A stretch of DNA of 64,000 bases from Candidatus Latescibacterota bacterium (GTDB lineage: Bacteria; Latescibacterota; UBA2968; GCA-2709665), in NCBI GenBank assembly GCA_965248435.1, contig OZ252100.1, positions 5,312,001-5,376,000 of the forward strand, written 5' to 3'. The notes beneath the pieces are model-generated. The model was not told the origin of the DNA. It did not search any database and saw nothing but the letters and a program-made list of their open reading frames with translations. Each line of letters opens with the position of its first letter. The stretch's first letter is position 1. The position numbers were made by a program, and so were the translations under genes. Below are positions 21,820-32,228 of the stretch, piece after piece.

Positions 21820-21948
21820 TTATAATCAACAAACGGTTGTTGAAAACCGTCATGCCGTTCGCACTGCCTAATGCTCCCCCAGTCGGCAAGGCGCGCAACC
21901 TCGTTCCTTCCGTATCTGAACCATCGGGGTCTGCCAATCCCAGTTTCT

Positions 21949-22764
21949 TCAGCCCAAGATAGGACCACCCGCAATCGAATCATCACACCTTCCACAGGTA
22001 ACATTCTCACAGTGGGTTATATAGGGATCTTCCTGGATGGCCTGCGTTGCAGCTTCCAATGCGTCTGAGGCGGGGTAGGCCAGCCACCTGCTATTTCCAA
22101 CACTTCCTTCCCTCACAAATGGAGACATCACCGATTCAAACTTGAGAAAACCACCAGAACACCCCCCTGCCTCCACTGCTAGGGGCTGGCCATCTGGGCC
22201 GTTGGCCCACCTCCTGAAAAGAACCCGACCAGCTTTCTTCTCCGCCAGATGAATCAGAGTCATTTTAGTCGGATCGACTCCAGCCAGAAGCACATATCCT
22301 TCGACAGAAGCCAGAGCGTCCAGAGGAGCGTAGACGTCATCCGCCTTTTGCCCCTTAAGCAGTTGATCCGCCAACGGGCCCATCGCTGAAAAAGAACAGA
22401 CCGGATGGTTTCCTCTTCGACTTTCATTCCGTTTTACCACGGCTGCGGAGATCGCTCCCATGTCCTCGTCAATTTCCGTGCTCGTCTCTGGATTGAAGAT
22501 ACATTTCACGTTGTTCCGGGTCCGAGCAAGGTACTCGTAGTCGGCAGCATTGCGTCGGAATTGGAGATGCACAGGCGGGGAAACAGAGTATGCCCAACTG
22601 AAAGAAGGCACTAACAGGGTGCACCCTCCAAAGAGAAACGCGTCAACTACCGCCGATGCACCCCCCTCAACTCTTCCGAAGGAACTCAGAGATCAGTGCA
22701 GACAAACGGACTGGCCCTCAAGCTGCAGCTCGCGGATTCCGCCTCGGATCTCATCAAGTGTCAC
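21949..22764 (-). pseudogene. Aminoglycoside 3-N-acetyltransferase (AAC(3)/YokD family) with in-frame stop
   Basis: VCLH*SLSSFG (TGA at 22693-22695 replaces Ser), HPVCSFSAMG, MTLIHLAE motifs. Confidence 0.8.
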
Positions 22765-22832
22765 CGACTGTGCTCCAATGGATCTGGTTCTGGTCCGCTC
22801 CAAACTGTTTATAGACCATACACCTGTGTTGC

Positions 22833-22920
22833 GGATAACGTTCTCGGCACCTACGAACCTGCCGCAGGCAGGTATTCAGTGAGGGGCGAATGCCCCGATC
22901 CGCGCACGGGCGTGTTATAG
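22833..22920 (-). repeat. attC-like site
   Basis: Minus strand CTATAAC...GGCAGGTTCGTAGGTGCCGAGAACGTTATCC. Confidence 0.85.
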
Positions 22921-22993
22921 GAAGTGCCAGCAGTTTGAGTTTAAGAGCTTGTCGTGGACTCTACGGAACACCTCAAGACGAAATATCCATTTC

Positions 22994-23913
22994 TTACTTC
23001 TCAAACATAGCTCTGTATTCTGGAATCATCCAGTCCCGATTGGTGAAATCGGGGAGACTGTTTCGGCGGAACAAATCCAGCAGGTAAAGGCATTGATCCT
23101 TTCGAATGCTTTTAGCGAGATTTGGGCCATACGATGCCCCGCCGAAGTGAAGCACACCCCGGCTGGAGGTCAGATAGACCATCTCGTGGGTAGTCATCAC
23201 AGCTGTCATCAGACCCATGGTGTCATAGTAGCCCGCGCCCTCCAAGGTGTCTTCATACATCCAGGCGCAGCTAAAACCTATACGATCAGCTACACGACGA
23301 AAAACCTCCGAGTTCTTGACCAAAGTGCAACACGGCAAACACCGTGGATGGTTCGTGCCCACCATTGTAGCCAAAGGCTCTCCAGTGTCCTCTGGAGTTG
23401 GAGCAAACAGGTTTCTTAGATTAGGTGATGAAGGTACAACTTATTCTTCTGAGCACGCTCTTTGGACCGGTATTGCGAAAGGTCCTGAGTAAGAACATTC
23501 CTATCGCCATGAAATAGACTCAAGCTGTCTGGATCTTCATTGGCTTGAATCGCCCACGTTTCCTCTCGGTCTTCGATCTCCAGAATCATTTGGTCGATCG
23601 TATCCGACATCACAAAGCAAATATCGGAGTCGAGAAGGAGGTAGTAATCACAATCGGGGTCATCCATCACGAACTGTCGAAGAACCTCACCGTGCGAGTT
23701 GGCCTGTCTCCCCTCGGCCTCCCAGCCGCTTTGTCTGAACTCAATTCCGACGCTTTCGGCGTAATCCTTTAGATCCTCCGTTCGCTCTGTGGACGAATTG
23801 TCCATGATGACGAACTTCAGATCACTACGCGCACTGTGCATGGCGAAGTAGGATCTGGCCGCCAGCTCGGTGAAACCGGAACTGTTGTGATTGATGATAA
23901 CCGCGTTGATCAT
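22994..23913 (-). pseudogene. Family 2 glycosyltransferase-like cassette gene, split
   Basis: IMDNSS and LLLDSDI motifs in 23416-23913; second part 22994-23374 in another frame. Confidence 0.65.
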
Positions 23914-23965
23914 CGAACTAGAGGTCCTGATTGTCTACTCTGTTATCAGGAAAGGCTGGCATTTC

Positions 23966-24051
23966 CTATAACGTTTCCGGCACCCACGAACCTGCCGAGC
24001 GGGGTTGGGCGAAGGTGCGGGTGCACCGAGCGGCGCACGGTCGTGTTAGCG
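23966..24051 (-). repeat. attC-like site
   Basis: Minus strand CGCTAAC...GGCAGGTTCGTGGGTGCCGGAAACGTTATAG; same family as 22833-22920. Confidence 0.85.
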
Positions 24052-24246
24052 GAAGTCGCTCTAAGGGTAGTATCGTTCGGATTAGGTCGGGGGCACAGAA
24101 ACAGCTCGACATACCACCATCCTGTTAGCAATATACGGAATCTGTACACCTTAGACCTTAGGTTCGCCACCCTCCTTGTAGAGGGCCTTCCCGCAAAGTC
24201 CCGCAGGGAATTCAATGCTAAGCCCGTTATTGGAGAGGTTTTCAGG

Positions 24247-26163
24247 ATGGACCTCATTTCAACAGTTGAGAAGGCCCAGGCAGGGGATCTGGAGGCCTTT
24301 GATTCTCTCGTACGACGCTTTCAGGATATGGCGGTTGGGTACGCGTACTCCTTGTTGGGCGACTTTCATCTTGCAGAAGATGCTGCGCAGGAAGCCTTCT
24401 TGGGAGCCTACACGAACCTGCCTCAGCTGCGTACTCCAGCTGCTTTCGTCACATGGTTCCGTCAGATCCTCTTTCGCCAGTGCCGGCGGCACAATCGCAG
24501 ACGAAGCCTCGATACCGTCTCGATTGGCTCGACGCCTGAGCTTGCTGCGGAAGCCCCGCATCCTGACCAAATTGCCGAGCAGTTGGACTTGCGCGACAGG
24601 ATTCTTGATCTGATCAGCGGCCTGCCAGAGCAGGAGGCGCAGTCGATTACCCTCTTCTACATCAGCGATTACTCACAAGCGGAGGTAGCGGCATTTCTCG
24701 GTGTATCCATAGACACCGTTAAGAACCGTCTCCGCTCAGCGCGTGGCAAACTGAAGGAAAGGATGTTAACAATGGCCAAACAGACCTTACGCGAAGAAGC
24801 TCCCTCCAAGGACGACTCGTTTGCCACTGTCGTAAGCCTTTGTAATGCTGCCCAAGCAGGTGACAGCGACCGCGTGAAGCAACTACTGGAGACACATCCC
24901 CAACTGGCAAAGCGAACGATCAGCCAATACGGGCAGATGGCGATTCAGTTTGCGGCACGGGAAGGCCATGCCGACGTCGTCCAGCTTCTGCTCAAGGCTG
25001 GAGCAGATCCGACATCAGGTATCTATCCGAACCGGTCGGCAACAAGTGCGCTGTCATTCGCACACGATCGGGGTCACGGCGCTGTGGTCAAAGTGATCGA
25101 AGATTTCCAAGCGGCTCACCCGCCCAAAACCGGTGAATCGCGTGCTGAAGATGGTCTTCTGACGGCTATTAAGGAAGAAGCCGTGGAAGCCGTGCGAACG
25201 ATGCTGGAAGCGAACCCGACACTCGCGCGCCACCCGTCGCGTCCTCTGACAAAAGCCGCAGCCATCGGCAATCTCGACATCGTGCGCTTGCTGCTCGACC
25301 ACGGCGCCGACCCAGACGATCCCTCCGACCTCGACCTAGGTGACGAAGGGACACTCAGAAATGCTGGCGAACCGCTGTGGAAGGCGGCTCAAGGGAACCA
25401 CTACGATGTGTGCAGGCTGCTGCTCGAGTGCGGCGCTGATCCGAGCGCTTATGTCTTCGCATCGGGGCCGGCGGCCGAAAGGGCAATAGAGAGTGGATAC
25501 GATGACATCCTTAGCCTCATCTACCGGTTCGGTGGAGCCGGGTTCGCGGATTGTGCGGCCCTGTCTGGTCAGATCGCTGTTCCTGCGGAGGTTTTGCATC
25601 TCCAGCCCGAGAAGGCCCCGCGTATGCTCTGGGGTGCTGCTCTTGGCGGCAACGTAGACCTTGCCGCTGTATGCTTCAAGTACGATCTGGAATCGGCAGA
25701 CTGGTTCGACCTGCTGTATCAGCCTCTCAGGGGTCGGAGAGGCCAGGCACGCTTGCGATATGCTGATGAGTCACGAGACGAACTGGCGGATAAGGTTGAG
25801 ATCTTAAGGATGATGCTGGAGCACGGTGCGTACCCAAACGTGCACGGCGAGGGAAATCAGAGCCTGCTGCATCGACTGCTTGGTGAGACGGGCCTTTGGA
25901 AAGATGAAGAGAAGAAGCCATTCGCAGAGCTGCTCCTCGACTTCGGCGCGGACATCGACGCCAGAGATGACGAACTGATGTCTACGCCGTTGGGGTATGC
26001 AGCACGCTTTGGTCACGCTGCAATGGTCCGTCTCCTGCTGGAACACGGTGCCCGAACCAACCTCCCGGGCGGCGAGCCCTGGGCGACGCCTTTAGCTTGG
26101 GCGGAAAAGATGGGGCACGAGGAGATCGCTGAAGTACTGAGGAATCACGGCGCAGAAGAATAG
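24247..26163 (+). CDS. ECF sigma-70 factor fused to ankyrin repeats
   Basis: AEDAAQEAF region 2, TVKNRLRSAR region 4; multiple ankyrin motifs (AAREGHADVVQLLLKAGAD, TPLGYAARFGH); GGAGAGG RBS. Confidence 0.9.
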   Translation: MDLISTVEKAQAGDLEAFDSLVRRFQDMAVGYAYSLLGDFHLAEDAAQEAFLGAYTNLPQLRTPAAFVTWFRQILFRQCRRHNRRRSLDTVSIGSTPELAAEAPHPDQIAEQLDLRDRILDLISGLPEQEAQSITLFYISDYSQAEVAAFLGVSIDTVKNRLRSARGKLKERMLTMAKQTLREEAPSKDDSFATVVSLCNAAQAGDSDRVKQLLETHPQLAKRTISQYGQMAIQFAAREGHADVVQLLLKAGADPTSGIYPNRSATSALSFAHDRGHGAVVKVIEDFQAAHPPKTGESRAEDGLLTAIKEEAVEAVRTMLEANPTLARHPSRPLTKAAAIGNLDIVRLLLDHGADPDDPSDLDLGDEGTLRNAGEPLWKAAQGNHYDVCRLLLECGADPSAYVFASGPAAERAIESGYDDILSLIYRFGGAGFADCAALSGQIAVPAEVLHLQPEKAPRMLWGAALGGNVDLAAVCFKYDLESADWFDLLYQPLRGRRGQARLRYADESRDELADKVEILRMMLEHGAYPNVHGEGNQSLLHRLLGETGLWKDEEKKPFAELLLDFGADIDARDDELMSTPLGYAARFGHAAMVRLLLEHGARTNLPGGEPWATPLAWAEKMGHEEIAEVLRNHGAEE

Positions 26164-26194
26164 CATATACCGGTCAGGCAACTGGAGCGATATC

Positions 26195-26245
26195 CGCTAA
26201 CGTTCTTTGTGTGCGCGAACCTGCGCAAGCAGGCAGAGTCGAGTC
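26195..26245 (-). repeat. attC-like half site (R' side)
   Basis: Minus strand GCAGGTTCGCGCACACAAAGAACGTTAGCG. Confidence 0.7.
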
Positions 26246-26905
26246 TCAAATGCCTTTCGATCGTCCAAAGTAGATCGCGACTCTAAACTCGACGATGCGT
26301 TTTGCTTCAGCCCCATTTCGACGTCCGTTGAAGTTCCAGAAAAACTCTAGGAGCCTCTCGGCCTCCTCCACTGAGTCAAATCGGAACTCTGTCTCAACTA
26401 CTTCGCAGTTAAACCCTCGATTACTCCACCACACAGGATCGCTGGCGATCTTCCTCTCGAAGAGACCCGAAAACTCGTCGTCACCCGCGTTATCCACCAC
26501 CACAATTTGCCCGCCAGGCTCCACAACTCGGTTCGCCTCTGCTAGTCCGTCTTCCCCGTATCCAGCACCTGGGAAGAAGTATGCCCACGTGGCGTAGGCT
26601 CCAGCAAATCCACAAGATCGAAAGGGTAATTCTTGCGCGACAGCTGTAACCCAGAGAAACTCCTTCTGGGCATCTATCATCTTTGGTGCTGGTTCACAGG
26701 GGATAACTAGCCGATCTTCTGTCGTAAGCTGAGCTGCAGTGTGACCATCCCCGGCTCCAATGTCGAGCACTTTTCCATCTGGAAGAAGTGATTGAAGATG
26801 CGCAATCACAACACCATCGCGATCCATACATCGGCGCTCGATTTCAAATAGTTCCGGATATTGTGACCCGTAGAATGGAACTTGCTTGGGTATAGGCTCA
26901 GGCAT
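26246..26905 (-). CDS. Class I SAM-dependent methyltransferase
   Basis: VLDIGAGDG motif I; RVVEPGG. Confidence 0.85.
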   Translation of the reverse strand: MPEPIPKQVPFYGSQYPELFEIERRCMDRDGVVIAHLQSLLPDGKVLDIGAGDGHTAAQLTTEDRLVIPCEPAPKMIDAQKEFLWVTAVAQELPFRSCGFAGAYATWAYFFPGAGYGEDGLAEANRVVEPGGQIVVVDNAGDDEFSGLFERKIASDPVWWSNRGFNCEVVETEFRFDSVEEAERLLEFFWNFNGRRNGAEAKRIVEFRVAIYFGRSKGI

Positions 26906-27203
26906 GGTAGATTGGCCGGCATTAGGGTAAAGATTATTCTCACACCCGCCTTTCGAGTGCTCAACGTTCCACTCCCCTATGCTTCTAGTTGGCCTCCTGA
27001 TTCTAGTGAACGAGGAACAAATCTCAAATTCGCTCAGATTTCGTCACTCTTAGACCCCTGCCCCTGACCAGAATCAAAAAGACCCTGAGCCAGAGGTGGA
27101 AAACGGTTCAAATTTCGTCGTTCTCGACGCGATCTATATCTGAACAGGGTCAGGGTAGAGAACTCACGGGAGAGAACGAGGAACTGTCGCTGAGCGATTG
27201 CTG

Positions 27204-27983
27204 TTAGAAATATTGCTCGATGAATCTTCCAATGGCGTCGCTATTACAGTCTGCAATCACATGATCCGCAATTTCCTTAACTTCGGTTGTGGCATTCCCC
27301 ATCGCGACCTTGACGCCTGCGAGGTTCAGCATTCCCAGGTCAGGGATGTCATCGCCGAACGCAACCAAGTCTTCTGGAGCGATGCCTATCGAATCCAGAA
27401 GTCTCTGTAGCGTTACGGACTTGTCTATCGACGCATCGACGACGTTCAGAAAGGTTCCATTCATCGCTGGTATTGCTCTTCCACCCAAGCTTCGAATCCA
27501 ACCCATGTGATGGAGCAAAGAAGCGCCTAGACCATCAATTGCCACCTTTGAAACAGAGTCAAATTTAACACGATGCAGAGGCACAACCATGTCGGGAGTT
27601 GCACTGTGCCTTTGTGCAAGCTCTTCATCTGTCAGCCAAGCATTGGTCGCGAATTCATGCCCGTAAAACTCAATTGACAGATGAGTCTCACGGGCTAGTA
27701 TCGGATGCTCGACAATCTCTTTCGCCAATTTCCCTAGCTTTACCTCGGCACTTGGCTTCTCCAGACCGAACTGCCAAACCGCTCCATTAAGAGTAACGTT
27801 ATAACATCTTTCAAGAAGCTCCATTTCGACAAATCGTTTCACCGCTCTCATAGGACGCGAAGTTGCCAAGAATACATAGTTGCCGTTACCTAGCCATCGG
27901 CAAAGTACCTGCTTGGTATGCGCACCAATCTTCTTATCAGAGTTTAGCAGCGTATCGTCAAGGTCGAACGCGAGAACAGTCAT
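27204..27983 (-). CDS. Cof-like HAD-IIB hydrolase
   Basis: DLDDTLL, ATSR, AFGDDIPD, AMGNA; start moved to MTVLAF because the longer ORF runs through the attC. Confidence 0.9.
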   Translation of the reverse strand: MTVLAFDLDDTLLNSDKKIGAHTKQVLCRWLGNGNYVFLATSRPMRAVKRFVEMELLERCYNVTLNGAVWQFGLEKPSAEVKLGKLAKEIVEHPILARETHLSIEFYGHEFATNAWLTDEELAQRHSATPDMVVPLHRVKFDSVSKVAIDGLGASLLHHMGWIRSLGGRAIPAMNGTFLNVVDASIDKSVTLQRLLDSIGIAPEDLVAFGDDIPDLGMLNLAGVKVAMGNATTEVKEIADHVIADCNSDAIGRFIEQYF

Positions 27984-28025
27984 GTCGTGCTCATAATCGA
28001 GATTCGTCAGAAAGAACAGCCATAC

Positions 28026-28113
28026 GCATAACGTCCTGGCCATTCCGCAAACCCGCGAAGGCAGGTTGAGCGGAGGCGCGAATGCGCCAGAGCCGTGGGT
28101 GCGCGTGTTATAC
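28026..28113 (-). repeat. attC-like site
   Basis: Minus strand GTATAAC (contains the upstream gene's TAA stop)...GGACGTTATGC. Confidence 0.85.
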
Positions 28114-29079
28114 GCAGCACTGCCTATCAATTGCGTTCAAGACATCCTGTTGCAGTCTCTCTAAATCCGGGTCTTTCCAATCTTTGGTCTTTACGTGATC
28201 CCGAATGGACGAATCACAGAATGGAGTTTCACGCAGTTTCTCTAAGGCTTCTAAACAACGGCCTTCGTCATTAGCAAGTTCCGTCAAAACAAACTCCCGA
28301 TGCTCGGCTAGAAAGTAGGTTTCAAATTCTCGAGTCTTTTCACACAGTCCTCTGAGTTTCCCGCGACCTTCTTTTGAATCTGGCACTCCGTAGTTCAGAT
28401 TTGTCCTGCAATACTCGAAGAGTGAAGTGAGGTAGGCTCCCCACTCATGCGGTAGATGTTCTGGATGCTCCCGTAGCAGATCCGCTTTACTGGTCAGATA
28501 CTGTCCCGATGATCGGGCAGTGAGTGCAGTGGCTGCCCAAGAAATCGCTCTTACCAAGTCCTTAGTAGTGCCTTCGCTGCCTTGGTTGTTTCCGCGATTT
28601 GTGTTGTACCCGTAGAATTCACCAGAGGCATTCGGGAAGTCCATCGGGACCTTGGCGACCCCTGGTCGTCCGAACAAATGGCAGATCAGCCAGGAGCCCG
28701 CGTACATCCGTTCACGAATCCACTCGCGGATCGACATTACAGCAAGCTGGTCTCGAACCTCGTCTCCATATACCAAGACGCTATTCAGTTTCAGGGCCGG
28801 TCTAACCTTCTGATTCCTGCAAACAAGCTCAAGATCCAACTCCATTGGACTGGATTGATCTAGGTTCGCCGTCAATTCCAAAGCCATTTGCCGGTCCTTC
28901 TCGCTGACGACGTCCCCCAAGATGATCACCAAATCCAAGTCGCTGCCGGGAACGACATAGTCTGCAGCGTAGCTCCCCTCCGCGTAAATTGCATCGATTC
29001 GGTTGGGGAACGCTATCGTGAACGCGTCAGCTATATCAGCGATTACGTCTTTGACGTCTTGGAGGTTTGTGTAAACCAA
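28108..29079 (-). CDS. Pol-beta-type nucleotidyltransferase domain protein
   Basis: YAEGSYA...SDLDLVII motif. Confidence 0.8.
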   Translation of the reverse strand: MVYTNLQDVKDVIADIADAFTIAFPNRIDAIYAEGSYAADYVVPGSDLDLVIILGDVVSEKDRQMALELTANLDQSSPMELDLELVCRNQKVRPALKLNSVLVYGDEVRDQLAVMSIREWIRERMYAGSWLICHLFGRPGVAKVPMDFPNASGEFYGYNTNRGNNQGSEGTTKDLVRAISWAATALTARSSGQYLTSKADLLREHPEHLPHEWGAYLTSLFEYCRTNLNYGVPDSKEGRGKLRGLCEKTREFETYFLAEHREFVLTELANDEGRCLEALEKLRETPFCDSSIRDHVKTKDWKDPDLERLQQDVLNAIDRQCCV

Positions 29080-29100
29080 GTGCTATCCTTGCAGTGTTGC

Positions 29101-29119
29101 ATTTAACGTTCTCGGCACC
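29101..29119 (-). repeat. attC-like half site cut by IS
   Basis: TAACGTTCTCGGCACC identical to the corresponding part of 22833-22920. Confidence 0.7.
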
Positions 29120-29437
29120 TGACCTGCCCCCACCTATGTATCCAGATCCAGAGTTAGGATGCGGTTGCGACTAGCCCGATTCGAGCTCTTTCAGGCGCCG
29201 GGCCTGATCGACTTCCATTCCGCCGTATTCACGGCGCCAACGGTAGTAGGTCTGCTCGCTGATGCCGAGATGGCGGGCAGCCTCACCGATGGTCTTGCCC
29301 TCGGAGATGAGGATCTCCGCTTGCCGGAGGTGCCCGATGATCTGCTCTGCGGTATAACGCTTCCTGGCCATAATGACCCCTTTCTGGTTACCCATATCCT
29401 AACTCTAGGAATGGGAACAATCCAGGGGGTCAGGTCA
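29120..29437 (-). mobile_element. Internally deleted (318 bp) derivative of IS3-family element C
   Basis: Both ends of 43722-44945 retained, OrfB lost. Confidence 0.9.
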
Positions 29438-30222
29438 GGAGTTCAAGATACACATCACAGGGTGTCTTTCGCAAGTCTTTCTGGTAAGCCGGTAGAAGCC
29501 ACCTTCGACGGAGGCATCCTGACCAGCGACAGCGGGGTGCTGCTGCTTCGTGAGGTGGAGGCCAGAACCGGGATTTTGCATAGGATGGTTGCGGCGCTCA
29601 CGGATCGCCGACATCAAAGTTACGTACATCATTCGATGACGGACCTGATCAAACAACGTGTGTTTCAGATGGCCTGTGGCTATGAGGATGCGAACGATTG
29701 CAATACGTTGCGCGAGGACCCCGGCTTCAAGGCGGCCTGTGATCGGTTGCCGCTTTCCGGTGCGGATCTGGCCAGTCAGCCCACGATGAGTCGGTTCGAG
29801 AACCGGATCAGCAGAACCGATTTGTATCGGATCGCCAAGGCCTTTGCGGATGTGTTTGTCGCCTCGTATGAGGAACCGCCCGAAGCCATTCTGTTGGATA
29901 TCGATGACACGGAAGACAAGGTGTATGGGTCTCAACAGTTGTCGTTGTTCAATGCGTATTTCAATGGCTATTGCTACCAGCCCCTGCATATCTATGAAGG
30001 CCAGACGGGCAAGTTGATCACGACGGTCTTGCGTCCTGGCAGGCGGCCCACGGGTAAAGAGATCGTCACCATCCTCAAACGGGTGATCGCCTACCTGCGC
30101 CGCGCCTGGCCCGACGTGGCGATCCTGTTGCGCGGCGATGCGCATTTTTCTTGCCCCGAAGTTCATACGTTGTGTGAGGAAGAAGATGTGTATTTTGTCT
30201 TTGGACAAAACGGCAACGCCAA
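29438..30222 (+). pseudogene. IS1380-family transposase fragment
   Basis: Matches internal part of 41929-43293; truncated at both ends. Confidence 0.9.
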
Positions 30223-30291
30223 TTCCCAGTCAAGGTCGTAGAGGATACCTCGAGTCGAATCTCCGTCTACATCGCTCCCGGGACGCCATTC

Positions 30292-30777
30292 ATGGCACCA
30301 GCCTGTAGTCGCGATGAGCATTTGTTTACAATTGCCAGCCGAAGGTGGCGGCTCAAAGAGGAAACATGGTTTGACCAGCCCATGCTCTGGACTTCAATGC
30401 CTGGAGAATCCTGCTCGATCTGGACGATCTGGCAGGGTGCGGACTGGCAACATTGGGGATGGAAGGTGAACCCAGAAACCCCTTGGAGGCGGACCAGCAT
30501 TGGATTCGATACTGCCGACCTTGTGCTTGATGCCGTCATCGAACCTGATTTCAAATCCTGGTCTTGGAAAGATGAAGAGGAGTTAGATGAAGCGCAGAGC
30601 CTCGGATTACTGACCCTGGATGAAGTTGCTTCGGTTCGTGATGTAGCAAACCGTGTTCTGCGGCGGGTTCTCGATAGCGAGCAGGAGCAGGTTAGAGCGT
30701 GGGCTAGTTGGCGCCCAGATCCAGATTGGGACATTCCCGAGTTGGCACCTGGATGGGAGACTCCTGATCTAGCATAG
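30292..30777 (+). CDS. DUF402-like protein (probably 5'-truncated)
   Basis: GFDTADLVLD...WSWKDEEELDEA motif. Confidence 0.65.
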   Translation: MAPACSRDEHLFTIASRRWRLKEETWFDQPMLWTSMPGESCSIWTIWQGADWQHWGWKVNPETPWRRTSIGFDTADLVLDAVIEPDFKSWSWKDEEELDEAQSLGLLTLDEVASVRDVANRVLRRVLDSEQEQVRAWASWRPDPDWDIPELAPGWETPDLA

Positions 30778-30822
30778 TGAAGCGTTCTTCGTGAATGCGC
30801 GACAATACAAAGGATTTTGTCT

Positions 30823-31386
30823 ATGGAAAATTCTGTGTTACGACCTTGGAAGACTTTATCACGGCGAACTATCTTGAAACACGGTAGATTTCTTACCGTC
30901 GAGAGTCATACAGTGGAGTGGCCTGATGGTCAGGTGATCTCTGATTGGCCGTGGATAATCGCGCCGGATGCTGTGATTGTTCTCGCAGAGACGGCAGACA
31001 ACAGATTCCTTTGCTTCAGGCAGACGAAATACGCCGTGGAAGGCTCATCACTAGCGCCTGTTGGAGGCATGGTAGAAAAGGGCGAGATTCCGCTCGATGC
31101 AGCAAAGCGAGAGTTGTTGGAGGAAACTGGGTTCGAGTCACAAGATTGGATGCCTCTTGGCAGCTACAAAGTCGATCCTAACCGTGGAATCGGGGTCAGG
31201 CATCTGTTCCTGGCGCGCAATGCACAGAAGGTAGCCGAGCCAAATAGCGATGACTTGGAAGACCAGCAACTCCTATTTCTAACTCGGTCAGACTTGCAGG
31301 CAGCCCTGGAAGCAAATGATTTTAAGGTACTATCGTGGACCACAGTCGTAGCATTGGCTTTACATCACCTGAACCAGAAAAGCTGA
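30823..31386 (+). CDS. NUDIX hydrolase
   Basis: GMVEKGEIPLDAAKRELLEETG Nudix box. Confidence 0.9.
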   Translation: MENSVLRPWKTLSRRTILKHGRFLTVESHTVEWPDGQVISDWPWIIAPDAVIVLAETADNRFLCFRQTKYAVEGSSLAPVGGMVEKGEIPLDAAKRELLEETGFESQDWMPLGSYKVDPNRGIGVRHLFLARNAQKVAEPNSDDLEDQQLLFLTRSDLQAALEANDFKVLSWTTVVALALHHLNQKS

Positions 31387-31415
31387 TAAAATCCAACAGC
31401 TGAGTAGGATCAAAT

Positions 31416-32219
31416 ATGATTCCGATGCACGAGGCCAATCGTCGAATCTGGGATGAGCAGGCCACAACGTGGGAAGACCGCCTCAATCGCAGCGATCGGT
31501 GGCGAAGGTGTCACAAGGAACCGGAATTGGCTTTTGAGGGCGCGACTCTAGAGACAATTCGAGAGATGGTTGGAGATCTCTGCGGCAAGCAGGTGTGCAT
31601 CATTGGCAGTGGAGATAACCTCGCGGCCTACGCCCTCGCAGGGTTAGGGGCAGAGGTGATTTCGACAGACATCTCTGAGCAGCGATTGAACCTGGCCGCG
31701 GGCCGGGCTGAGCAGCTCGGTTTGTCGATCGATTTTGTTCGTGCGGATGCTGCATCTCTAGAGTTCGCAGGCGACTCGACCTTTGATCTTGTTTGCTCCA
31801 CGAATGGCTTTTTTGTATGGATTGCTGATGTCGCTGCAGTTTTCCGCGAAGTGTCGAGAATACTGAAGCCGGGAGGAGCCTACGTTTTCTACGACATCCA
31901 TCCGTTCATGCGCCCGTGGAAAGATCAAGAAAAGCCTATTGAAATGGAGAAGCCTTACTGGGAGACCGGACCATTTCGAGTGTCGGAGGAGGAATCTTAC
32001 GAATTTAATTGGACTTTGTCCGACTTGCTGAATCCGCTCTGCGAAGCAGGCTTAACGATAAGAAGGATTGTTGAGAGTCCTGCCGAAGATTCTGGCTTCT
32101 GGGAGGGCAGTCACTACAAGGCAGGGACAGATGAAACTCTGGCAGACTGGAAATCGAACCCTCGTGCCGGTTTACCGGTGTGGCTAACCGTCGCCGCCTC
32201 AAATGCAAAATGCAAATAG
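31416..32219 (+). CDS. Class I SAM-dependent methyltransferase
   Basis: IIGSGD, TDIS, FDLV, RILKPGG. Confidence 0.85.
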   Translation: MIPMHEANRRIWDEQATTWEDRLNRSDRWRRCHKEPELAFEGATLETIREMVGDLCGKQVCIIGSGDNLAAYALAGLGAEVISTDISEQRLNLAAGRAEQLGLSIDFVRADAASLEFAGDSTFDLVCSTNGFFVWIADVAAVFREVSRILKPGGAYVFYDIHPFMRPWKDQEKPIEMEKPYWETGPFRVSEEESYEFNWTLSDLLNPLCEAGLTIRRIVESPAEDSGFWEGSHYKAGTDETLADWKSNPRAGLPVWLTVAASNAKCK

Positions 32220-32228
32220 GATCACCTT

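Noticed and set aside
22693-22695. TGA recoding or selenocysteine in AAC(3)
   Set aside because: Position is a conserved Ser (TCA>TGA); TGA ends many genes here and other breaks are TAA/TAG/frameshifts
29159-30241. 360-aa novel fusion protein
   Set aside because: Chance read-through from the antisense IS3-C derivative into an IS1380 fragment
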